Assembly: GCA_964646725.1 (NCBI GenBank)
Contig: CAZYFX010000001.1
Coordinates: forward strand, 1-45,365
From: an uncultured Oscillospiraceae bacterium
GTDB taxonomy: Bacteria > Bacillota > Clostridia > Oscillospirales > CAG-382
DNA length: 45,365 bases
Direction of reading: 5' to 3'
The notes below the pieces were generated by a model that saw nothing but the letters and a program-made list of their open reading frames with translations, was not told where the DNA came from and did no database searches. Below are positions 15,587 to 22,491 of this stretch, in pieces (position 1 is the stretch's first letter; each line of letters opens with the position of its first letter). The translations under genes were made by a program, and so were the position numbers.

Positions 15587-15718
15587 TTAATTGAACAAAG
15601 ATAATTGATCCCATTCCCCTTGGTTAGGATCCGTGTCAATAGGAGAGATTGCAAGTATATCTTCTTTTACCAATACCTCTATATTCATCTCAGGCTTTTC
15701 ATATTGTTTTTTTTGCAT
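15587..15718 (-). CDS. Small 43-aa acidic ORF at the head of the cohesin operon
   Basis: GGAGGA RBS 8 nt upstream of the ATG at 15718. Sequence MQKKQYEKPEMNIEVLVKEDILAISPIDTDPNQGEWDQLSLFN. Its stop codon lies 22 nt before the next gene's start. The upstream part of the listed 75-aa ORF has no RBS. Confidence 0.5.
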   Translation of the reverse strand: MQKKQYEKPEMNIEVLVKEDILAISPIDTDPNQGEWDQLSLFN

Positions 15719-15935
15719 TATACATTCCTCCTTCCGTCGCATATTCACTTTTTTCGATGTGCCATTTTCGCCTCCGAATTTTCGAATACATTTTTCTCCC
15801 GTACACCTTTTCAAGATGTCTTCTGAATTTGCCTATACTGAATACAGGCAACTGTTTAGCTAATTATCAAAAATTTTACCATCCTTTCACAAACTCCCGA
15901 AAGCGCACTGCTCCCGTATTATTCTTTGCTATCTA

Positions 15936-15961
15936 ACGTTTACATTATATAACGTAAACGT
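15936..15961. promoter_or_regulatory. 26-bp near-perfect palindrome, candidate operator in the divergent intergenic region
   Basis: ACGTTTACATTAT/ATAACGTAAACGT with one mismatched position. The half-site TTTACATTA recurs at 16010-16018, just after a candidate -10 GATAAT (16003-16008; candidate -35 TTCAAG at 15980-15985). Confidence 0.45.
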
Positions 15962-16046
15962 CTATTTGTCAAGCCTTTTTTCAAGATATCATGTATACGT
16001 TAGATAATTTTTACATTAACACCGTCTTTGCAAGGAGGAATGCGCG

Positions 16047-16295
16047 GTGAAGCTTCGTATACTTGACATCTTGGCCGAAAAAGGAAAAACCAAATATTGG
16101 CTTTACATACAATTGGGACTCAGCTACCAAAACTTCAATCATTTGGTCAACAACGAAACCAAGGGCATCAAATTCGAAAACATGGAAGCTCTTTGCGACA
16201 TTCTGGAATGCACCCCCAACGATCTGTTTTACGAATATCACTCCGATTTACCGCCCGATATGCCAAACCGACAAGAGAGCAACAGTCTCTGTTAA
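16047..16295 (+). CDS. XRE/Cro-CI family helix-turn-helix transcriptional regulator (82 aa)
   Basis: GTG start with AAGGAGGA RBS at 16032-16039. LRILDILAEKGKTKYWLYIQLGLSYQNFNHLVNN...IKFENMEALCDILECTPNDLF matches the short Cro/C1-type HTH pattern. Confidence 0.85.
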   Translation: MKLRILDILAEKGKTKYWLYIQLGLSYQNFNHLVNNETKGIKFENMEALCDILECTPNDLFYEYHSDLPPDMPNRQESNSLC

Positions 16296-16482
16296 AGATG
16301 TTTTTCAAGCATCGCGGAAGCTGTTTTTTTGTTATGTAAACAATCGACATTGCACCGACTCGCCTTTCGCCTGTGTTCGACTCTTTCACCGAAGCTCTCC
16401 CCTTTCCCGTTTGCACAAAACCTTTTTGCGCTCCTCGTCCAAGTGCTTTCCCAACCGACCGTTTCATTCATCACTCACAAAA

Positions 16483-16528
16483 AGACCGAAGCAAAATGTC
16501 CTCAAACACCTTGCTTCGGTCTTTTTTT
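16483..16528. terminator. Bidirectional intrinsic terminator
   Basis: AGACCGAAGCAA / TTGCTTCGGTCT stem flanked by an A-run and TTTTTTT. It lies immediately 3' of the minus-strand gene ending at 16541. Confidence 0.75.
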
Positions 16529-16540
16529 ACCTATTTTAAT

Positions 16541-18148
16541 TCAATCGATGACCACACTGAGCGCTCCCGGCACCTCATATTCCGTTCCGGTAAACGTCAG
16601 CGAACCGTCCGCATTTACATCGAACAGCGTGATCGTCCCGCCCTCGTTGGCCGAAATCAACGACCGTCCGTCGGGAGACAGGCAGAAATCACGCGGACGC
16701 TTGCCGTGCACCGACGTGTTGTCCGCATAAGTCAGCGTCGCGCCGTTCACCTTGAAGCGCGTGATCGAGTCGTGCCCGCGCGTCGAAACGTACAGATTGT
16801 CACCGTGCAGACGAATCGCCGCCGCCGTGGTCAGACCATCACAGCCGAACGGAAGCATGTCGTAGGATTCGAGCCGTGTCAAGATTCCGTCGGCGTAGGC
16901 ATACACCGTAACGGTATTGTCCAATTCGTTGGCACAATACGCATACGCGCCGTCCTCCGAAAAGATCAAATGACGTGGGCCCGAGCCGGGAACGGCCGAA
17001 GCGGTCGATACTTCGCACAGATTTTTGTCATACACATGTACGGTATCCGTCCCCAGGTCGCAGACCGTGATATATTTTCCGTCCGGCGTAAAAGCTACCT
17101 GATGCGTATGCTCCTTGTCCTGGCGCGGCTTGGAAACGCCCTCTCCGCAGTGGTACACGATGTGCGTTGCGCCGTTCGGTTCGATTTTGGTCACACTTCC
17201 CGTCAGATAGTTGGCAATATACGCGCTTCCGTCGTCATCCACCGCCACATGGCAGGATGCCTTGCCGCGCGCAGCCGAAATCGGTGTACGCCCCACAAGC
17301 CGATCTTCCCACAAATCGTAGCATACAAGTCCTCCCTCGCGATATCCCATCGGCTCGTTGACAACGGCGTACAGCTTGCCGCGCTTGATCTGCATGTACA
17401 TCACGCCCTCGTCCTCGTACTTTTCTTCGAAGGTCAGCTTGCCGCCGTCGAGCGTGTACCGATAGATACCGCCGTTCTTTTCGGGGCCGGCCGCATAGAC
17501 GGTAAAGCGACGGCGCGTGTGGGAAATGAGCCACTCGTAAACATTGTCCTCCAGATAGGCGCGATTCCAGCTGTCGTGCTCCGTGTTTTCGCAGATCACA
17601 AGCTCAAGCTCCGCATTATCGGGGCAGGCCGCCTTCATGCTTTCGTACATTTCCTTGCTGCGTTCGGGAAGCACCGCGCCGTCCCGATCGCCGTGATACG
17701 CGCGAATGGGAAGTGCCGCGATACGGCCGCTCTTCCACGCCATACCGCCGCCGCAGATGGGGGAAGCCGCCGCGAAGAAATTCGGATAGGTACACAGCAT
17801 ATCCCATGTACCGAAGCCGCCCATGCTGGCGCCGCTGATCGAGACGCGAAGTCGGTCGATCGGGTAAGTGTCGCACACAAGGTCGATGATCTCTTTCAGT
17901 GAGCGAAGCTGTCCGCTCCAGGTGGCAAAACGCGAATGCGGCAGTAAAAGGATCGCCTGCGTAGCAAATTTTCGGTAGCCCAAATAGGACGGATTGGTCA
18001 ACAGAACGCGCGGATCGTTTCCGTAGGTTCCGGCTCCGTGAAGCGCAACGATCAGCGGGTACTTCTTGTTCGGGTCATAGTCCTCGGGGGTGCAGACGTA
18101 ATAGCTGATATCGGTTTGGTTTTGAATGTAACGGTAAAGCTTGTCCAT
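16541..18148 (-). CDS. Fusion protein: N-terminal alpha/beta-hydrolase (esterase/peptidase S9-like) plus C-terminal 7-bladed beta-propeller lactonase (Pgl/YbhE family)
   Basis: AAGGAGA RBS. N-terminal motifs YPLIVALHGAG, GASMGG (GxSxG), HGDRDG and EHDSW. The C-terminal region (GSGPRHLIFSEDGAYAYCANELDNTVTVYAY, RPRDFCLSPDGRSLISANEGGTITLF) is typical of lactonase propellers. Confidence 0.8.
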   Translation of the reverse strand: MDKLYRYIQNQTDISYYVCTPEDYDPNKKYPLIVALHGAGTYGNDPRVLLTNPSYLGYRKFATQAILLLPHSRFATWSGQLRSLKEIIDLVCDTYPIDRLRVSISGASMGGFGTWDMLCTYPNFFAAASPICGGGMAWKSGRIAALPIRAYHGDRDGAVLPERSKEMYESMKAACPDNAELELVICENTEHDSWNRAYLEDNVYEWLISHTRRRFTVYAAGPEKNGGIYRYTLDGGKLTFEEKYEDEGVMYMQIKRGKLYAVVNEPMGYREGGLVCYDLWEDRLVGRTPISAARGKASCHVAVDDDGSAYIANYLTGSVTKIEPNGATHIVYHCGEGVSKPRQDKEHTHQVAFTPDGKYITVCDLGTDTVHVYDKNLCEVSTASAVPGSGPRHLIFSEDGAYAYCANELDNTVTVYAYADGILTRLESYDMLPFGCDGLTTAAAIRLHGDNLYVSTRGHDSITRFKVNGATLTYADNTSVHGKRPRDFCLSPDGRSLISANEGGTITLFDVNADGSLTFTGTEYEVPGALSVVID

Positions 18149-18266
18149 AGCGGTTCTCCTTTTACGTTTTTTTACATTATAACCGATTCACACGCAAAAA
18201 GCAAGAGCTTATCCGAATATTTGCCAAATTCTTTCATCGGTTCGACCCACGCACCGCCCGAAAAAA

Positions 18267-18304
18267 AGCACAGACCGTTTTTTTCAACAGTCTGTGCTTT
18301 TTTC
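18267..18304. terminator. Bidirectional intrinsic terminator after pfkA
   Basis: AGCACAGAC / GTCTGTGCT stem flanked by AAAAAAA and TTTTTT. Confidence 0.75.
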
Positions 18305-18322
18305 ACTTCAATTGTCTTTCGC

Positions 18323-19390
18323 TTACATGGCCATGATCTTGGCGATATCGTAGGTTCTCTGCATACCGTCGCGGATCTCCTTGGCATGTGCAAGCATTTT
18401 CTCGCGAAGCTTCGGCTCGATGGCTGCAATCTCCTCTTCGGTTGCCTTGCCCTTGACGATGCGATCGAGCTCGAACGCATATTCCATCTCGGTCTCGCAC
18501 ACCTTGCCGCCGTTGTAGCAGACCACAAGATTGTACTTTCCTTCCAACAGAAGATCGACCGCCTTGTCGCCCATTTCGCTGGCAACCACGCGATCCATAC
18601 AGGTCGGGCAGCCGCCGCGCTGTACATGTGCCAAACGTGCAAAGCGTGTCTCGATACCGGTCGCCTTTTCGATTTCGACCGCCAATTCCTCCGTGTGCGT
18701 TGCACCCAAGCCCTCGGAAGCGATCACGATAAAGTTGCGCTTGCCCTGAGCCGACAGCGTTTTGATGCGCTCGATCAACTCCTGCTTGTCGAACGGAATT
18801 TCGCGAATGGCGATACCCACAGCGCCTACGGCAATGCCGCAATCCAGCGCTATGTAGCCCGCGTTGCGTCCCATGACCTCGACCACGTTGCAGCGTGCAT
18901 GCGATTCGCAGGTGTCGCGCAGACGGTCAACCATTTCGATGACCGTGTTCTTGGCGGTATCGTAGCCGATGGTATATTCGGAAGCGGAAATATCGTTGTC
19001 GATCGTACCGGGGATACCGATGCACGGAATACCCAGACGGGATAAGTCGGTCGCACCGCGGAACGTACCGTCACCGCCGATGGTCACGATGCCGTCAATG
19101 CCGTTCTTTTTGCAGTTTTCGACGGCCAGAGCCAGTCCCTCGGGGGTCTTGAACTTATCGCAGCGGTCGGAGTACAGCATGGTGCCGCCGTGATTGATGA
19201 TGTTGGACACGTCGCGCGGCGTGAACAGCTTCATATCGTTTTCGAGCAGTCCCTTGTAGCCGCAATAAATCCCCATGACCTCGATGCCTTTATAGGAAGC
19301 GCTTCTGACGACCGAACGAATGGCCGCATTCATGCCGGGCGCGTCTCCGCCGGAGGTCAGAACGCCGATTCTCTTAAATGTCTTTCCCAT
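18323..19390 (-). CDS. pfkA: ATP-dependent 6-phosphofructokinase
   Basis: RIGVLTSGGDAPGMNAAIR, TIGGDGT, GIPGTIDND, MGR and the HVQRGG region are canonical PfkA motifs. An RBS is present. Confidence 0.95.
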   Translation of the reverse strand: MGKTFKRIGVLTSGGDAPGMNAAIRSVVRSASYKGIEVMGIYCGYKGLLENDMKLFTPRDVSNIINHGGTMLYSDRCDKFKTPEGLALAVENCKKNGIDGIVTIGGDGTFRGATDLSRLGIPCIGIPGTIDNDISASEYTIGYDTAKNTVIEMVDRLRDTCESHARCNVVEVMGRNAGYIALDCGIAVGAVGIAIREIPFDKQELIERIKTLSAQGKRNFIVIASEGLGATHTEELAVEIEKATGIETRFARLAHVQRGGCPTCMDRVVASEMGDKAVDLLLEGKYNLVVCYNGGKVCETEMEYAFELDRIVKGKATEEEIAAIEPKLREKMLAHAKEIRDGMQRTYDIAKIMAM

Positions 19391-19634
19391 GATCTATGTC
19401 CTTTCGTCCTTTCTTTTGGTTGCTTTGCACCGTCACGCTTGTTAAAGAATTGACAAGGCGCAAACCGGATTTCCATAATCAAATCATATTATAACACAGG
19501 ATGGTCGGGTTTGGGTGAAAAAAAGATTTCAAATCATTGTGTTATTTGTAAATACAGGCATTTCTCGGTAGAATTCATAATCAACGTCCTGCCGCACATA
19601 CTATAGAAAAATACACGGCAAAAGGAGCGAACCA

Positions 19635-20375
19635 ATGAAAAAGGCATCACAGTTCCGGTCGGACGCCGATGAAACGTCCTCCGAAGAGGAGGAGCTTGCC
19701 AAAAAGCAGGAGTTACAGTTTTCCAACATTTCCGACAGCGGCAGTATCACCACCAAAAAGGACGATATCACCGTTCATTCCTTGGTGATCGCCGGGCAGA
19801 TCGAAGGGCACTATGCCTTGACGGGGCAAAGCAAGACAACCCGCTACGAGCATGTCATCCCACAGTTGGTGGGCGTGGAGGAAAGCGCGGACATCGACGG
19901 ACTGTTGGTGCTTATCAACACCGTCGGCGGTGACGTGGAAGCGGGGCTTGCCATTGCCGAGCTCATCGGCGGCATGAGCAAGCCGACCGTTTCGCTGGTG
20001 CTCGGCGGCGGGCATTCCATCGGTGTGCCGCTGGCCGTATGTGCACGACGGTCGTTCATCGTGCCGAGTGCGACCATGACGATCCATCCGGTGCGTATGA
20101 ACGGACTTGTCATCGGTGTGCCGCAGACCTTTACCTTTTTTCTCCGTATGCAGGAGCGTATCGCAGACTTTATCGTCAAGCATTCGCGTGTGTCCAAGGA
20201 AACGCTCACCGCACTAATGATGGAAACGGACGAGTTGGCGGCCGATATCGGGACCGTCATCGACGGCGTAAAAGCGGTCGAGGTGGGGCTCATCGACGCA
20301 GTGGGCGGATTGTCCGACGCTTTGGGGTGTTTAAAGCAAATGATCCGTGCGGAGCGGGAGGAACGAAAGCGGTAA
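19635..20375 (+). CDS. tepA: TepA-like ClpP-family protein (translocation-enhancing protein homologue)
   Basis: AAGGAG RBS. TTRYEHVIPQLV...INTVGGDVEAGLAIAELI...KPTVSLVLGGGHSIGVPLAV...ATMTIHPVR..GLVIGVPQTF...MQERI closely follows my recollection of Bacillus subtilis TepA. Confidence 0.85.
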   Translation: MKKASQFRSDADETSSEEEELAKKQELQFSNISDSGSITTKKDDITVHSLVIAGQIEGHYALTGQSKTTRYEHVIPQLVGVEESADIDGLLVLINTVGGDVEAGLAIAELIGGMSKPTVSLVLGGGHSIGVPLAVCARRSFIVPSATMTIHPVRMNGLVIGVPQTFTFFLRMQERIADFIVKHSRVSKETLTALMMETDELAADIGTVIDGVKAVEVGLIDAVGGLSDALGCLKQMIRAEREERKR

Positions 20376-20385
20376 ACAAACGGAA

Positions 20386-20420
20386 GGGTCTCCGCCTTAT
20401 AAGACAGAGACCCCGATTTT
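20386..20420. terminator. Hairpin between convergent genes (weak terminator)
   Basis: GGGTCTC / GAGACCC stem, then CGATTTT. Confidence 0.4.
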
Positions 20421-20423
20421 CTA

Positions 20424-21830
20424 TCAATTATCTTTATGAGAAGTGCGCGCTTTTTCGCGATTCTTCTCTTTCTTATCCTTATCTTTATCTTCTTCGGCTT
20501 CCGCGACTTTTTCCTTCTTATCCTTACTCTTATCCTTTTCTTTGTCGTTCTCTCTGTCCGCATCCTCCTGTTCTTCGACGAGCGGATGAATGACAAGCTT
20601 GATTTCCGCGGCGCGGCGGCCGTCCGTCTTTAAGACCTCGACCGAAAGATTTTCAAATTCAAAGGTATCGCCGACCTCGGGAACTTTTCCGAGATTGTCC
20701 ATGACCCAGCCGTTGACGGTGGCGTTTTCGTCCAGCACCTCGTCCGAGAACGGATAGATGTCGGTGATGTCGTTCATGGCGGCACTGCAATTGATCAAAT
20801 AAATATCGTCGTCCAACTGCTTGATGTTCTCGATGACTTCATCGTGTTCGTCCCATATTTCGCCGACAAGACCTTCCAGTACATCCTCCATGGTGACCAG
20901 TCCCGCCGTTCCGCCGTATTCGTCCACGACGATGGCCATATGCGTTTTGGCGGCTTGGAACTCGCGAAGAAGCTTGGAGATCTTCATACCCTCGGTGATA
21001 CACAGTATTTCATGCACCCCCGATTTGAAGTCGGTCTTTCCGTCGTACACAAGACGGTTGAAGTCCTTTTCGTGAATGACGCCGACGATGTTGTCGATGG
21101 TATCGCGGTAGACCGGCAGACGGGAGAAACCGCTGGTGCGGAACAGCTCCACGATCTCATCCATGGGCGTATCGTCCGCAATGGCAACGATATCCACACG
21201 GGGGGTTAAGATGGCGGAAACTTCAAGGTCGTTAAACTCGATGGCGCTCTTGATGAGATCGCCCTCGTGTTCGTCGATGCCGCCCTCGTTCTGGGCTTCC
21301 TCGACCATGGTCATGATCTCGTCCTCGGTGACCGACTGGACATTATCGTTTTTGAAGAGCTTGGAAATAAGCTTTCTCCACAGCGAAAAGAGTGCGGTCA
21401 GCGGGGTGAGTACCGTCATGAGAACGCGCACGATACCGACAACGCGAAGAGTATAGCTGTCGGCGAAATCCTTGCCTAAGAATTTCGGCGTGGTTTCACC
21501 GAAAATGAGCAAGGTCACGGTCATGACGACGGTGGAGACGGTAGCGGACAGGCTGGCATTTCCCTTGATGATCGACGCAAACAAAAGCGTTGCGATGGTG
21601 GAAGCGGAAATGTTTACGATGTTGTTGCCGACAAGCATGGTGGACAGGAATTTTTCGTAGTTTTCCTCCACACGCATGACGGCCTTTGCTTTTTTGTTGC
21701 CATCTGCGGCAAGTGTTTTCATACGAGTTTTGTTAAAGCTCGTAAAGGCGGTTTCGGTTCCTGAGAAAAAAGCGGATAACGACACAAGCACAACAAGCGC
21801 CGCTATCTGCATACTACTGGCAGGATCCAT
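20424..21830 (-). CDS. CNNM/DUF21-CBS-CorC_HlyC family transporter-like protein ('hemolysin family') with a highly charged C-terminal tail
   Basis: AAGGAG RBS 9 nt upstream of the ATG at 21830 (MDPASSMQ...); the listed GTG start overlaps that RBS. N-terminal FFSGTETAFTS plus TM helices, a CBS pair, and a CorC C-terminal domain. The tail is EEQEDADRENDKEKDKSKDKKEKVAEAEEDKDKDKKEKNREK. Confidence 0.9.
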   Translation of the reverse strand: MDPASSMQIAALVVLVSLSAFFSGTETAFTSFNKTRMKTLAADGNKKAKAVMRVEENYEKFLSTMLVGNNIVNISASTIATLLFASIIKGNASLSATVSTVVMTVTLLIFGETTPKFLGKDFADSYTLRVVGIVRVLMTVLTPLTALFSLWRKLISKLFKNDNVQSVTEDEIMTMVEEAQNEGGIDEHEGDLIKSAIEFNDLEVSAILTPRVDIVAIADDTPMDEIVELFRTSGFSRLPVYRDTIDNIVGVIHEKDFNRLVYDGKTDFKSGVHEILCITEGMKISKLLREFQAAKTHMAIVVDEYGGTAGLVTMEDVLEGLVGEIWDEHDEVIENIKQLDDDIYLINCSAAMNDITDIYPFSDEVLDENATVNGWVMDNLGKVPEVGDTFEFENLSVEVLKTDGRRAAEIKLVIHPLVEEQEDADRENDKEKDKSKDKKEKVAEAEEDKDKDKKEKNREKARTSHKDN

Positions 21831-22011
21831 GTAAAAAATCACTCCTTGGGAATATGTATTTTCCGAACTGTACGTTCAGTTCTATATACTCTATCACACT
21901 TTTTTGAAAATTGCAATAGGTTTTGCTGAAAATGTGCAAAAAAGACACAAAAACAAGCTCTTTCGGGACAAATTTTGTGAAAAAGAAAGAGGCGGATTTG
22001 CGTTCAAGGGC

Positions 22012-22040
22012 TTGAAAATTCGAAAAGAATGTGGTACAAT
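22012..22040 (+). promoter_or_regulatory. Sigma-A promoter with extended -10
   Basis: TTGAAA (22012-22017), 17-nt spacer including TG at 22032-22033, TACAAT (22035-22040). Confidence 0.6.
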
Positions 22041-22049
22041 AAATAAAAT

Positions 22050-22265
22050 TAAATATCGTACACAAAGTGTCGGCGATACCGTGCGGGTACCGTCGGTGAA
22101 AAGGGAACCCGGTGAGAATCCGGGACGATACCAGTCGCTGTGTGCACCGAAGAAGCGCGCCTTTCGACGAAAGTCGGTCATTGGGAAACCGAGAAGGCGG
22201 GTGCGCTTCGCCGAGCGTTTTGTTTTCGCTCGATACGGGTGTGAGTCAAAAGACCTGCTTTGATG
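22050..22265 (+). promoter_or_regulatory. Cobalamin (B12) riboswitch aptamer
   Basis: GGTGAAAAGGGAACCCGGTGAGAATCCGGGAC...AGTCGCTGT core. The central CATTGGGAAACCGAGAAGGCGG corresponds to the consensus GCCACTG...GGGAAGGC. B12 box GAGTCAAAAGACCTGC at 22243-22258. Boundaries are approximate. Confidence 0.8.
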
Positions 22266-22378
22266 TCCGAGCCTGGGTGGAGATGTTTTTTCATATGGCA
22301 CGGACAGATTCGGCGCCCCCGCAAAAATCTTTTTTGTAAGGGCTTATTTGTTATGCCGTTTTGTACATGCACGGGAAT

Positions 22379-22426
22379 AGCTGCCGTGGAGAGAAAAAGA
22401 AAACTCGCCGCGGCAGCTTTCGTTTT
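22379..22426 (+). terminator. Terminator-like hairpin in the riboswitch leader (candidate expression platform)
   Basis: AGCTGCCGTGGAGAG (22379-22393) pairs with CTCGCCGCGGCAGCT (22404-22418) with one mismatch and one G-U pair, followed by TTCGTTTT. Confidence 0.5.
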
Positions 22427-22491
22427 GCGCGAAAAAGCCGCGCCTGTTGATAAAAAGCCGTGCCTGTGCGCGGAAAAGAAAGGAAATCCAT

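Noticed and set aside
6584-16540. Calling the AT-richer segment a mobile element or genomic island
   Set aside because: I found no integrase, transposase, tRNA target, inverted repeats or flanking direct repeats. It is reported only as a compositional observation.
16373-17902. 509-aa plus-strand ORF
   Set aside because: It lies entirely antisense to the well-supported esterase-lactonase gene. Its composition is Arg/Gly/Val/Ala-rich, typical of a GC-rich frame shadow. It has no RBS and no recognisable motifs.
20430-20600. Quasi-repetitive CTT/ATC-rich DNA that looked like a short tandem or CRISPR-like repeat
   Set aside because: It has no regular repeat-spacer periodicity, and it is in frame as the K/E/D-rich tail of the CNNM-family gene.
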